From the NCBI GenBank assembly GCA_965249485.1, contig OZ252239.1, positions 1,792,001 to 1,856,000 on the forward strand: DNA of 64,000 nucleotides. Reading direction: 5' to 3'. This document shows, piece after piece, positions 10,170-21,898 of this stretch (its first letter is position 1; every line of letters starts with the position of its first letter). This DNA comes from a bacterium (GTDB lineage: Bacteria > SM23-31). The notes beneath the pieces were generated by a model. That model saw only the letters and a list, made by a program, of their open reading frames with translations, did no database searches and was not told the DNA's origin. A program made the position numbers and the translations under genes.

Positions 10170-11678
10170 TTAGCGAATAAGACGAATTTCCCTGAGCGGA
10201 GGAGTTACATACTCGACTCCTCGTTCGGTGACAACCGCACCGTCATGCATTTGTATCATTAAATATTTTCCTTCACCCCAGTCGGGCATCGGAATATAGA
10301 CGGAGTATTCAAAAAAGAAGTGGTGATTGAGCGGGATTTTCATATCATGGTGCCAATCCGGACCATACGAACCGATCCTGGGGGCAGGAAACGTTGACAT
10401 TTCCTGTGATGCGGCATGTGCGTCGATATTAACCTGGGTTTTATCAGGATCCACATCTTTGGAATATTCTCCGCTGTCGTTAACAATAAACCCGGCTTCA
10501 TCAAGTTCCCGCCTGGAGGTTTCATATATTTCCGTACCGGTACGACCCACCTTGATGTTATCTTCTAAAATATCATGGATTTTCATTACATCTGCCCAGG
10601 CTTTATTGATCTCTGGAGGCGGTCCCGTCTCTCCTTCACGAAGCACATAGCCGATTTCATCTATGTGCTCATAGTAGTTCCCGAATTTCAATTCCAAACC
10701 GGAGGCGCCATGATAACTACTATGATATCCAAGCCTTAGATGAATCAGGTCGCCTCTCCGGATCACATAGTCATCGCTTCTTTCAGCCGCGGCGGACCGT
10801 TCCGGATCCAACGGTGCAGCCCAACCAGTTCTCTTTCCGTCCTTATCAACGATATAATGAGCACCTTCAAGACTGGGGAATTTGGTTACACCCGGCACGA
10901 TTTTAGCCCAATCTCTCTCATGAGTCTCTGCGATATATTTTCGCATTCTCTTATAGAGTGCGAATTCGCTTTTCACTGGCCTCGATATGTAATCATGTAA
11001 CAGATATTCAGACGAGACCAGCCTCTTTGCATATTTATCACCAAGAGCTTTTGCCAACAGGATGTAGTCTGTATGCGAAATGCCGTCTTCTGAGATGTCA
11101 CCCACGTGTGATCCATGCTTTTCCAGGAAATTTACACCAATGCGTTTGGGATCACGTTCGGCAACAAATTCTCCAATGCCTTTAAACCGGTGATCAAGTT
11201 CCGTTAGCGCGCCTCCCGGATATTCCTTCCGTTCAGTTGCTTCGCCGATTATGTCGTAGGCTCCACTTTCTTCAACCAATTCCGCCGAAAAGACGGTCGA
11301 GATCTCCGCGATTCCTCCGCTCATCACTGTCGTCTTACTCAGACGTCTCGTCTCCTCATTGCTCGAACCCAAATCTACAAATCGGCGACCGAGAATTGCC
11401 CGTTCGATCCTGTCACCGCCACGATCGGTAAAGATGAAAACACCAGACGCACTCCCCAGGTCTTCCGCACCAAAGGGATCAGAAATCGCTTCTCTGATGA
11501 TATGAATCCACATGTCGATATTGTTATCCTTCATTACCTGCGGTAGGATAAGGTCAAACTTATCCCGACGAATCTGATTTTTCATTTCCTTCAGATCGTC
11601 CTCTTCCTGAGCCTGAACATTAGCACACGGTAGTGTGAACAGCACAGCAATACAAAGTACCATTACCCGAGATATCAT
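10170..11678 (-). CDS. Secreted M24 (Xaa-Pro aminopeptidase-like) protein, paralogue 1
   Basis: Signal peptide; LPQVMKDNNIDMWI, ERDPKRIGVN, DGISHTDY; pita-bread C-terminus. Confidence 0.75.
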   Translation of the reverse strand: MISRVMVLCIAVLFTLPCANVQAQEEDDLKEMKNQIRRDKFDLILPQVMKDNNIDMWIHIIREAISDPFGAEDLGSASGVFIFTDRGGDRIERAILGRRFVDLGSSNEETRRLSKTTVMSGGIAEISTVFSAELVEESGAYDIIGEATERKEYPGGALTELDHRFKGIGEFVAERDPKRIGVNFLEKHGSHVGDISEDGISHTDYILLAKALGDKYAKRLVSSEYLLHDYISRPVKSEFALYKRMRKYIAETHERDWAKIVPGVTKFPSLEGAHYIVDKDGKRTGWAAPLDPERSAAAERSDDYVIRRGDLIHLRLGYHSSYHGASGLELKFGNYYEHIDEIGYVLREGETGPPPEINKAWADVMKIHDILEDNIKVGRTGTEIYETSRRELDEAGFIVNDSGEYSKDVDPDKTQVNIDAHAASQEMSTFPAPRIGSYGPDWHHDMKIPLNHHFFFEYSVYIPMPDWGEGKYLMIQMHDGAVVTERGVEYVTPPLREIRLIR

Positions 11679-11730
11679 GACGTGCTCCTCTTTTGGCTTA
11701 TGATGATAAATATTAAGAGAATCATTGAAC

Positions 11731-11768
11731 TTTTACAAGGATTTTCTGCTCCCAGCCCTCTACGATTT
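11731..11768 (+). repeat. Truncated cassette repeat (ends at TACGATT)
   Basis: TTTTACAAGGATTTTCTGCTCCCAGCCCTCTACGATT. Confidence 0.75.
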
Positions 11769-11770
11769 TT

Positions 11771-11918
11771 TATTACATAAACATAGTCTAACTTTTCCAG
11801 TAATTTGAGATTTTTTCATGAGGGGATATACCAATGATACATGCATCCGTGGGTGAAATGTTACGTTGTGACACCTTATCTTGCTAATTCTCTTTACAGA
11901 GGTTCATAGTATTTGACA
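11771..11918. repeat. Non-coding module C, copy 1
   Basis: Aligns with 50113-50250 and 54135-54290 (TTTTCATGAGGGG..TATA, TGAAATG.TAC, CCTTG). Confidence 0.7.
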
Positions 11919-11946
11919 CTGCCCGGGTTGTACGATTTACGAATCC
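11919..11946 (+). repeat. Cassette repeat core
   Basis: CTGCCCGGGTTGTACGATTTACGAATCC. Confidence 0.8.
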
Positions 11947-12297
11947 TCAAGAGTTTTGTCATATAACTTTGTGCGATATGCAACTTTAATTCTTGCAAAA
12001 AAGTTTAAAATATTTTATTTTCAAGCATACCTTATTACTGAGGCTTTCGTTGACATACTCTTTGCGCAATTCTCTTTACAGGAGCCTTCACATTGTATTC
12101 TGTAGATCGTGTCCTCAACGTACTTTGTTCCTTGATGATATTAACCGGCGGAGATGATAATGCATGTCTTCTTTATGTATGAAATTGCAAATCTCAGAAA
12201 TAGTTACCCGCATTAGACACCATTGCAGCACACCTCATCTTTGGTTTATTTGTATGGTACTAATCAATTAATTTGCACAACAAAATAGGTGCAATCA

Positions 12298-14502
12298 ATG
12301 AATAGAGAAAATCAGTCTCAAAATTTGAACGGATTTGTTTCAGAAGCAAAAATGAGTCTTAATAAATCGCTGCCGAGAAATGTGGCAATAATATTTATTA
12401 TTATTGGCTTAGCGATGAGCATCTTAGGGGGGTATATTTATACTACTACCAATAATTTTTAAAACACACAGGATGAAGTCCTTCATTTACAAGATATAGC
12501 AAACAAAATAATTGCTAAGGATAAATATGCTACTGATACTTTTTCACGGCAGCTGTTTTATAATGATCCGTTAATAGAAATAAACGAAAACCCTGAAGCT
12601 AATCTACTCATTACACAGTTAATGACACTTGTTTACGATAATGATCTTTTAACGTGGTTAGAACGATTACAAATAGCTGACAAAAATATAGTTGCCATTG
12701 AGCGAAAATCAAAAAATCTGGCAATCGAAGGGAAAATCAATGAGGCACGTGAATTGTTTTTTGGCGATGAATATGCATCATGGAAGGAAGAATACACAAA
12801 CTCGATCAATAATTTTGTTGATCTAACCTCCTTCATATTGACCGACGTATTACTAAAACAGCGCAGCCATATAAACTATGCTCTTCTATCAATACTGATT
12901 ATGCTGCCAATCTTACTTTTCGCATATAAAATCATTCGCAAATATGGAGACGAGACTTTTCAATTAACACATGAGATTATAGAATCAAATTCACTGCTTG
13001 CCGCTACCTTAGAATCAATTGACAACGGAATATTAGTCGTTGATATTCAGGGGAAAATTATTAGTTACAATCAATTATTCCTGGAAATGTGGCGCATTCC
13101 AAAATCGGTTATAAATTCAAAAAATGACGAATACGTTTTGGAACATGTACTCGAGCAGTTGAAAGACCCTGATGAATTTTTAGAAACTGTTCAATATTTA
13201 TATAACCATCCATCATATGAAAGCAATGACGTAATTATGTTTAACGATGGTAGAGTTTTTGAAAGATATTCTAAACCACAGAAGATTGAAATTGATATAA
13301 CGGGAAGAGTGTGGTGCTTTCGCGATGTCACTGAAAAAAAACAGTTAGAAGAACAGCTTCAAATTCGCCAGAAAATGGACTCTCTTGGAACTCTTGCAGG
13401 AGGGATAGCCCATGATTTCAATAATCTCCTTACCGGTATTATCGGGGGTGTAGAACTGCTCAAAAGTGGAAATGATAATTTTACCGAGCACCAGAAAGGA
13501 TTCTTAGACATCACAGATAGAAGCTGTACACGAGCCGCAAATCTCATTCGACAGTTTCAGACATTATCTAAAGGAGTAATCCATGAAAGGTTAAATGTTG
13601 ACATATATGATATTGCAGATGAAGTCTTCAACTTTCTGAAAGAAACCACTGATCGTCTCATTGCTAAAGAGATCTTGTTCAAAAAGGGTGAGTACTTTGT
13701 AAACGTTAATTCCGGAGAACTGTACCAAGTGTTAGTAAATCTTGCAACTAATTCGGTGCACGCTATCGAAGAGTGTGGCATTAGTGATGGAGATTATATT
13801 AGGATTAATGCTCAAGACAGTGAGGTGACAACCGTAGATACGACAGGGCTTCAAGAAGGAAGCTATATTCATATAGTTTTCGAAGATAATGGTGCCGGTA
13901 TGTCGGAAGAAGTCCTGAAGAAAGCTTTTGACCCGATGTTCACAACTAAAAGTAAAAGCAGCACAAAGGGACAGGGACTGGGCCTTTCGATGGTGTATAA
14001 CATTATTACAAAATTATATAATGGACATGTTAGTATTGAGAGTAAAAAAGGTATAGGAACAACGTTTCACCTCTATTTTCCCAAAGTTGAGGCTGGGACA
14101 AAGGTTGAAGATGACGCCCCTGCTGAAGTCCAAGGAGGGTCAGAAACTATTTTAGTAGTTGATGACGAAACAATAGTGTTAGAGACCGCAAAGAGATTTC
14201 TGGAGAAATATGGATATGCTGTTATTATCGCAATTGGTGGGAAAGAAGCATTGGATATCTATGAAAATAAGAAAGACTCCATTGCTGCTGTTATATTAGA
14301 CCTGTCCATGCCTCACATTTCAGGGAAGGAAGTGTTTCAAAGGATGCTGAAGATCGATCCTGAATTAAAAGTAATTATCTCTTCCGGATACCATGAAGAG
14401 TATTCAAAAGAAGGGATACTGAGCCAGGCTATTGGAAACTTAAGTAAACCGTACACAGTGAAAGACATGGCTCGGACGATCAGAAACGCTCTGGATTCGT
14501 AA
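12298..14502 (+). pseudogene. Hybrid PAS histidine kinase/receiver; in-frame TAA at 12460-12462 removes the first TM segment
   Basis: GGIAHDFNNLL, DNGAGM, GQGLGLS, ILVVDDE; the frame from ATG 12298 is continuous with ORF 12622 except for one stop. Confidence 0.85.
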
Positions 14503-14762
14503 GTCAATTTATTCTGATAATAATTTCCCCTTGAATGTACACTATCCCGGGGTTTTCCACCAGCTTGCCATTGTGCTAAAAACATGAGTGAAATATTATT
14601 TCAGAGGTGCACTTTTAAGCTCATTCAATTGTTCCCTGTCCAACAAGAATAGCGGATTTCATCCTTCTTGTTATCCATTGACGTGTTCCAGAGAGATCGT
14701 GTGAGACACGATACCGGAAATCCGTTACTTCGAGGCCAACTGCACGAAAATAAACAGGCCTT

Positions 14763-16226
14763 TTACGGTTTCATCACATCGCTTGCCCACTCATTGTACA
14801 GAATAGTAAGCCGTTCAACGATCTCAGACCGTTCCGTGGCAAAATTTTTCCATTCGGGCGGATCATCAGAAAGATTTGCCAAAAACGGGCTCCCCATCGG
14901 GCCTTCTCGCTGCGGATGCGGTGAATACTTCCCGGTGGAGTCTCCACCATTAACGATCAGTTTCCAATCACCTTCCCGCACGGCCCATCCTCTTCCCCAC
15001 TGCCAGTAGAATAGCTTATGCCGGGAAGGAGCTTCGGGAGAATTTATAACCTCCCACATGCTTTTACCGTCAATTTCTCTGTCAGGCAGGGGGATATCAC
15101 ATAATTCAAGAATCGTTGGGAAAAAATCTGCGTTCAGAACCGCTTGATCGCGTACCTGACCTTCACCGATCAGGTTTGGAAAGCTGATGACAGCCGGCAC
15201 GCGGATACCACCCTCTAAAAAGCTTCCTTTCGCGCCTCTCCACTTACCGGTATATCCTCCTCCTCCGTACGCACCGTACGGTTGTCCGTCCGACTTGTGA
15301 TAATCTTCAGTTGAATGACCATTGTCACTCATCATAATGATCATCGTATTATCCCGCAGATCCAATTGATCGACTTTATTTAAAATTTGTCCCATTCTGT
15401 CATCCGTGGTTGAAATCATTGCCGCGTACGAACTGCGCGGCAGGGACATCTCTTTATACATTTCGGTAAACTTTGGATCAGCCTGTTCAGGATAATGAGG
15501 TACATTGAACGGGACATACATCAAGAAGGGGCTATCCTTGTTTTCCTCGAGGAAACGGTGGGATTCACGGACTATCAAGTCGGGAAAATAGCTGCCGTCT
15601 TCGAACACCTCTGTGTTATTGCGGTATAGACTGTGGAACGGCTCGATGATTTCTTCACCTTCCTCTTGCTCATCATCATACACATAGCGGGTGTGCGAGT
15701 AATTGTCAATAAATCCGGACAGGTGTCCAAAGAATTCGTCAAAACCCTGATCGTTGGGACCATAGCCCGGAGTCGCACCCAAATGCCATTTTCCGAAAAG
15801 ACCGGTACGGTAGCCGTTTTCTCTGAGAACTTCCGCAATGGTTATCTCGTCCACAGACATATTAGCACCCCCGCCGAAGGGATGATTTATATCGGGGTGA
15901 CTCGATGCCCACCTGTTAATATCGCCGCGCTGAGGATGGCGTCCGGTCAGCAGTGACACCCGGGATGGACAGCAGACCGCATGGGCATAGGCCTGGGTGA
16001 AGCGGACTCCCCGCTCTGCCAAAGCGTCCATGTGGGGCGTGTACAAATCGTTTGAGCCATAACTGTTGATGTCCAAGGTGCCTTGATCATCGGTGTAGAA
16101 TAGTATGATGTTTGGTCTGTTTTTGACAGTCCCGCAGGCGCCAATACTCCCGGGAATAGTGAGTGCCGCCGCACCTATGCCCATTGTTTTTAAAAAGTCG
16201 CGCCGTGTGCGCTTCGATGAATTCAT
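14763..16226 (-). CDS. Sulfatase with Tat signal
   Basis: RRDFLK, TDDQG, CCPSR, GKWHLG, SDNG. Confidence 0.93.
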   Translation of the reverse strand: MNSSKRTRRDFLKTMGIGAAALTIPGSIGACGTVKNRPNIILFYTDDQGTLDINSYGSNDLYTPHMDALAERGVRFTQAYAHAVCCPSRVSLLTGRHPQRGDINRWASSHPDINHPFGGGANMSVDEITIAEVLRENGYRTGLFGKWHLGATPGYGPNDQGFDEFFGHLSGFIDNYSHTRYVYDDEQEEGEEIIEPFHSLYRNNTEVFEDGSYFPDLIVRESHRFLEENKDSPFLMYVPFNVPHYPEQADPKFTEMYKEMSLPRSSYAAMISTTDDRMGQILNKVDQLDLRDNTMIIMMSDNGHSTEDYHKSDGQPYGAYGGGGYTGKWRGAKGSFLEGGIRVPAVISFPNLIGEGQVRDQAVLNADFFPTILELCDIPLPDREIDGKSMWEVINSPEAPSRHKLFYWQWGRGWAVREGDWKLIVNGGDSTGKYSPHPQREGPMGSPFLANLSDDPPEWKNFATERSEIVERLTILYNEWASDVMKP

Positions 16227-16264
16227 GTTTTTCTCCAAATTTAAGTTCACAAATAGTTTTAATA

Positions 16265-17971
16265 TCAGCCTTGAGCAAGTTTAACCTGGATATCTCCCCA
16301 ATCAGTTACGTTAACTCTTGCTTTCCATTGTTCATATAGTCCAGACAGTTCCCTGACTTTGTCCGAGTGCGTTTCTGCTATATTGTTCAGTTCTGTCCTG
16401 TCTTCATCAATATCATACATTTCCCATTCTCCTGTCCTTTTCCCACTCCCCACAGAAAATTGCCGATTTTCAGTATAATACGATACCAACTTCCATTTTC
16501 CCTGCCGAACGGCGCGATTTCCCTCATGCTCCCAGTACAAAACGTCCCTATCTGCAATTTTACCGCCTTTGAACACAGGCACAAGGGACCGTCCTTCCGT
16601 GGGAATAATCTCGAAACCCCTGTCCTCCGTGGGATATTGTCCCCGGTAATCCGCAGGATATTCAGCACCTGCCGCTTCCAAGCATGTCGCCTTCACATCC
16701 ATAACATGAGCGGACTGGTCAGTAATCTCTCCTGTCTGTTCGATTACACGGGGCCAGTGTGCGATAAAAGGAGTGGCTATTCCACCTTCGTGGACCCAGT
16801 GTTTGAACAAACGGAAGGGTGTGTTGCTTGCATTCGCCCAGGGCAGGTAATATCCGGTATACGATTCAGCCGGACCCGGCGGAATTACGGAAGTCCGGCC
16901 AATAAGTTCTGCACAACCGCCATTATCGGAAAGAAACATGATGAGGGTGTTTTCTTCCTCACCAACCTCTCTGAGTTTTTGCAGTATTGAGCCAATTCCC
17001 TGGTCCATTCGATCAACCATGGCAGCATACACCGCCATCCGCAAATCCCAGTCTTTTTTGTTTTCAGCATCCTTCCAGGGAGGAGCTTCAGGATTTCTCG
17101 GTGACAGTTTGACATTATTATCAAAAAGTCCCATTGCTTTCTGTTGTTCAAATCGTCTTTCCCGTAATGCATCCCAGCCTGCCATATACGTGCCTTTATA
17201 TTTCTCGATATCTTCGGGTCAGGCATGTAGCGGCCAGTGCGGAGCATTGTAGGCAACGTACATGAAAAATGGTCTGTCTCTATCAGCCTCTTCAATAAAC
17301 GTTGCCGCGTAATCATAAAAATAATCGGTTGTATAAAAATCTTCCGGGGGATAAAATGGTCTATCACCATTCATCAGTATCGAAGATTCAGGGACTGTAG
17401 GGTTAAAATAGTTAGCAGCACCCTTGATGATACCAAAATATCTCTCGAAACCCCGGTCAATCGGCCAATTCGGCCGGTAGGTACCAACATGCCATTTCCC
17501 CGTCATAAAGGTTTGATACCCATATAGCTGCAAGACCTCCGCGATGGTAACACAATTGTTGTTCAGATAGCCCTGGTACTCAGGTAATGCAATCTTCTTG
17601 TTTCTTCCCAGCGTTCTCTTATCAGTTGAGGTCATGTGCCCGATCCCAGTCTGGTGTGGGTACAGACCAGTCAATAATGAAGCGCGTATCGGGCAACACC
17701 GGGCGGCGTTATAGAATTGTGTAAATCGAATCCCCTTGTTCGCAAGCCTATCGAGATTTGGAGTATTTATTTCCGAACCATAACAGCCGATATCCGAATA
17801 ACCCATATCATCGGCCATGATCAGGATTATATTTGGCTTTTTTTGTTTTGGTGCATACGCCGAAACCTCACGTTTTTCAAAGGGGAGTCCGGTGAGCGAA
17901 ATACCAGCTATACCTAACGATGTCAAACCGATAAAATCACGTCTGTTCAGTCCACTTTTCGTATTGGTCAT
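16265..17971 (-). pseudogene. Arylsulfatase with Tat signal; in-frame TGA at 17219-17221
   Basis: ADDMG, CCPIR, GKWHVG; HWPLHA*PEDIEKYKG continues in frame into ORF 16265-17185. Confidence 0.88.
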
Positions 17972-18025
17972 GATAGTTTCACTCTATGCACTTTGGAGAA
18001 ATTAATTGTGATTGTATATCATCCG

Positions 18026-18054
18026 GCTCCCCGGGCTGTACAATTTACGAAGCT
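18026..18054 (+). repeat. Cassette repeat core
   Basis: GCTCCCCGGGCTGTACAATTTACGAAGC. Confidence 0.82.
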
Positions 18055-18115
18055 TTTTTGCTTATGTATCATACCGGGAGCGGAAGATAGGTACGGAAAA
18101 TTTAAAGACACATTC

Positions 18116-19702
18116 TCATTCCCTCTCACTGGAGGGTGCAACACGGGGAAGTTTTTCATCGCGCATAGCCGCATGATATGCGAAGCTTGCCATGATCACC
18201 GCCGACTGCATCAGGTCTTCAGGAACAAGACGGTCATACACATCCATATTGGTGTGGGCGGCGCGGTCCTCAATCGGGTCTTGAATGAATTGGACGGCGG
18301 GCAGCCCGACTGCATTGAATGAGGCATGGTCAGAATTCCAGGAACTCCTACTACTCAAATGTGTCATCCCCAGATTATGAAACGGTTTTATCCATTCGGT
18401 AAATATCGGACGCAACCGCTCATTTTCCTGGAGATTAACGCCGCGGATCCTGCCGGTATCCCTGTCCTTATTAAAGTACGCTGCAACTTTCGCATGTTCG
18501 GGAGTATAGTGCCGAGTATCCGGGTTGCCGTAGTGTTTGGCAACATATCCACGTGAGCCTAACAGTCCAGATTCCTCACCGCCCCACAGGGCAACACGAA
18601 TTGTGCGGCGGGGCGTGACACCAATTGCCCTTAATATGCGGATAGCTTCCATAGCGACTGCGGCTCCTGCGGCGTTATCGCTAGCACCGGTACCAGCGGA
18701 TGTCGCATCAAGATGACCACCGAACAAAACCACTTCATCTGCGAAGTCGGTACCCGGTATTTCGGCGATTACATTATGATCAGTCGGGTCATCTTCGGTT
18801 ATGCTTATTCTGAGTTCCATTTCCATCTCAACGGGTATTCCCTTTTCGAGAACGCGCATAATACGATTATAATGTTCCCCGGCCATAACTAAAAACGGCG
18901 GGTGTATCGATGCAATATTCTCCCATGCTTTCCGCACCCCATTGACCCTAACAGTCCCGAAATTCCCGTAATTTTCCCTTCCATCGGAATTGATTATGTT
19001 GCCTCCCGGAGCGGCAATCGCCGCTGCACCTTCTGAAAAGAGGAAATCTATAATCTGATTTCTTGGCAGTCTCCCAGCTTGCTGGTCACGGTGTTGCCGC
19101 CGATCCGGGAGAGGTATGACCGTTTGTGAGTATTCATCCAGCCATTCCTTCGAGTATCGCACTGCCATAGGAGAAAATTCGGGAAACAGTTCCTGTTTTG
19201 GCTGGATGAATACAATGGCATTTTTTAACGTTCCTCTGTAGTAAGCCAGGTCTTCTTCTGAAGCGATTTCCTCGAAATTTATGTATACCACCTGGCCCTG
19301 AATCCTGCCGTTGGTACCCGAACTCCAGGTATTTGGATAGGCGATAATCGGCATATACTGTGGGGTCATCATGTGGACAGATGTGTAATCGTTTCTCCAA
19401 CTCACTCCGAATTCGCCGTAAGGTTCTAATTGAACATTCGCCAGACCGTATTCCTCAAATTTCTTTTGCGCCCATTCCGCGGCTGCGCGATATGATGGTG
19501 AGTGAGACAGGCGCGGTCCAAATACATCTGTCAAGTAACTGGCAATTTCCATCACACGGGAGTTATAAAATCCCTCTACTCTAATTTTCTGGATTACATC
19601 CCAATGGATCGGTTCCTGAGCTACAGCAGAAAATGCGAATACGGTAATCACCACCATGACCATGATTGCGTTATGGTAAAATTTCATGTGTCTTTCCTTC
19701 AT
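18116..19702 (-). CDS. Secreted M28 family metallopeptidase
   Basis: GGHLD, DNAAG, GGEESGL, SDH, HTNMD. Confidence 0.9.
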   Translation of the reverse strand: MKERHMKFYHNAIMVMVVITVFAFSAVAQEPIHWDVIQKIRVEGFYNSRVMEIASYLTDVFGPRLSHSPSYRAAAEWAQKKFEEYGLANVQLEPYGEFGVSWRNDYTSVHMMTPQYMPIIAYPNTWSSGTNGRIQGQVVYINFEEIASEEDLAYYRGTLKNAIVFIQPKQELFPEFSPMAVRYSKEWLDEYSQTVIPLPDRRQHRDQQAGRLPRNQIIDFLFSEGAAAIAAPGGNIINSDGRENYGNFGTVRVNGVRKAWENIASIHPPFLVMAGEHYNRIMRVLEKGIPVEMEMELRISITEDDPTDHNVIAEIPGTDFADEVVLFGGHLDATSAGTGASDNAAGAAVAMEAIRILRAIGVTPRRTIRVALWGGEESGLLGSRGYVAKHYGNPDTRHYTPEHAKVAAYFNKDRDTGRIRGVNLQENERLRPIFTEWIKPFHNLGMTHLSSRSSWNSDHASFNAVGLPAVQFIQDPIEDRAAHTNMDVYDRLVPEDLMQSAVIMASFAYHAAMRDEKLPRVAPSSERE

Positions 19703-19781
19703 TTATGAGTTTTACATTCTCATTTCATTGTTTAAATCGATTTGTGACTATCGTACAAGCAAGATTCTGCAGAGTCTGGCA

Positions 19782-21191
19782 TTAGCGAATAAGCGGGAGT
19801 TCTTTGGGATATGGAAAGAAATATTCAACACCGCGTTCGGTAGTCATTACACCGTCGTGAAATCGTAATCTAATAGATTCTCCTTCACCCCATTCAGGCA
19901 TCGGTACATCGATAAAGAATTCCATAGAGAAATGGTGATAGAGGGGGAGTTTGATAGCATTCTGCCAATCCGGACCCAAAGGACCGATCCTCGGAGCATA
20001 TAATCCTGAACCTGCGGCATGTAAATCAATTGCAACCCAGGTTTTATCAGCGTAACGCTCCCTGTCGAATCTTTGTATTTCGGTATTGATCATTCCCGCT
20101 TCTGCAACTTTTAGCTTGAGAATTTCATATGTTGCATCACCGGTACGTCCGACCTTGATATTGTCTTCTAATATTTTACGAACCGTCTTGACATCATTCC
20201 AGAGTCTTTTGATATGTGCTGGTGGTTCTGATTTTCCTTTTTCAAGCACATAGGCATACGCATCTATAACCTCATGATAGTTTCCATACTGCCATCCAGA
20301 CCTCTGAAAACCGCCGCTTTGAGCTCCGTTCGTTAAAATTACCAGTTCACCTCCCTGGAAAACATAGTCACCGCGCTGCCTGCGACCATTCTTATCCACT
20401 ATAGAACGTCTTCTTCCCAGATCGCTCACTTTGGTAACACCCAGTACGATTTTACTCAACGCTTCTTCATGTATTGCATTGATATCGGAACGTATCCGTT
20501 TATAAAGATCAAATTCGCTGAGAACCGGTCTTACTAAATAATCAACAACTACGTACTCAGATGAAATCATCCGCCCTGCATATATAGTACCGAGCGCTTT
20601 GGATAACAAATTGTAGTCGGTATGCGAAATTCCATCCGGCCGATACCGGGGAAACTCATAAAATATTGCAGATCCTAATTCTTCCAGATAATTTACTGCA
20701 ATGCGTTTAGGATCACGCTCAGCAACAAATTCGCCGAGACCCGTAAACCGAAAATCTAATTCTGTTTTTGCTGTTCCCGGCCATTCGGGTCCTTCTAATT
20801 CATTTAACTTTATTCTGATATTCGGATAGGCTTCTAAAGGAGTTTTAATTTCCGGTTTAACAATAATGTCATAAGCGCCACTCTTTTCTACCTTGTCCGT
20901 ATTTAATCCAAAGAAAGCCCGTTCGATTCTGTCGCCTCCACGCTCTGTAAAAACGAAAACGCCTTCATTGCTCCCAAAGTTATATCCCAGAGGATCGAGG
21001 TCTCCTTCTCTCACAACATGAATCCACATATCGATCTCATGCTCCCGCATGATTTGAGGAAGGATAACGTCAAACTTATCCAGGAGAATTTGGTTTATCA
21101 TTTCTGCAACATCTTCATCCTGAACCTGTGCATTGGCACAAGGCACTGTGAACAGCACAGCAAACAAAAAAATCATAGCTCGAGATTTCAT
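19782..21191 (-). CDS. Secreted M24-like protein, paralogue 2
   Basis: LPQIMREHEIDMWIH, ERDPKRIAVN, DGISHTDY. Confidence 0.75.
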   Translation of the reverse strand: MKSRAMIFLFAVLFTVPCANAQVQDEDVAEMINQILLDKFDVILPQIMREHEIDMWIHVVREGDLDPLGYNFGSNEGVFVFTERGGDRIERAFFGLNTDKVEKSGAYDIIVKPEIKTPLEAYPNIRIKLNELEGPEWPGTAKTELDFRFTGLGEFVAERDPKRIAVNYLEELGSAIFYEFPRYRPDGISHTDYNLLSKALGTIYAGRMISSEYVVVDYLVRPVLSEFDLYKRIRSDINAIHEEALSKIVLGVTKVSDLGRRRSIVDKNGRRQRGDYVFQGGELVILTNGAQSGGFQRSGWQYGNYHEVIDAYAYVLEKGKSEPPAHIKRLWNDVKTVRKILEDNIKVGRTGDATYEILKLKVAEAGMINTEIQRFDRERYADKTWVAIDLHAAGSGLYAPRIGPLGPDWQNAIKLPLYHHFSMEFFIDVPMPEWGEGESIRLRFHDGVMTTERGVEYFFPYPKELPLIR

Positions 21192-21204
21192 GACTTCCTC
21201 TACT

Positions 21205-21372
21205 TGAAATGAATAGTGGCTTTTTGTCTATTTGTATTATACTTCAAGCGTGGTCAGACATTGTGATATTATAATTTTTGTAACGGTAAATTCATGAGCA
21301 CAAATGAATTAAGGTGTGTATCGTCAGAATAATGAGGGTACGACTATGTAGATAATACGGAGTGTATTTTTG
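21205..21372 (-). promoter_or_regulatory. Conserved leader type B with -10 box (copies also at 31696-31864, 39981-40148, 49843-50003)
   Basis: Shared TCAAG(C/T)GTGGTCAGAC and GTCAGAA blocks; TTGTAA-17-TATTAT promoter. Confidence 0.75.
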
Positions 21373-21417
21373 TTTTACAAGTATTTTCTGTTCCCAAGGC
21401 TGTACTAATTGCGAACC
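21373..21417 (+). repeat. Cassette repeat copy
   Basis: TTTTACAAGTATTTTCTGTTCCCAAGGCTGTACTAATTGCGAACC. Confidence 0.88.
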
Positions 21418-21614
21418 ATTGAGTGGGTACTCTCCCGAAGGTGAGAAAAGCGTTCAGCAAGAGCGTCCAGGGGGTTTACCCAATATCAGGGGTGAAAATA
21501 TTGTCAGAACCGGTGCCGCAGCATGTTATCTAATAACTGACACATATTGACGCATCAGCTTTTAGACCACGTGTCATTTGTGTCAGTGAATGAGTGTAAG
21601 TTCAATAAAAACAA

Positions 21615-21659
21615 TGGTCGGGGCGAAAGGATTTGAACCTTCGACCTCGTGCTCCCGAA
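21615..21659 (-). other. 3' half of tRNA-Pro(CGG), att core
   Basis: TTCGGGAGCACGAGGTCGAAGGTTCAAATCCTTTCGCCCCGACCA: anticodon loop to CCA, no 5' half. Confidence 0.85.
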
Positions 21660-21898
21660 TTATAGTGGAAAATTAACCGTAAATCTAATAATAACAGGCA
21701 CGACTTCCACATTTTAATTAAATTTTTCAGTTGATTTAATAGAGTTTATTTAATATAAATAAACATAGCGTTTGATACAAATTGACACATAATTATAAAT
21801 CGCAACTATATATTAGACACATGTAAACATTTGTCGGGGAACAAAAGAAAGGCTTTGACGAAGGGTGTAGTTCATATACTATATCATGTTCAAAAAAT

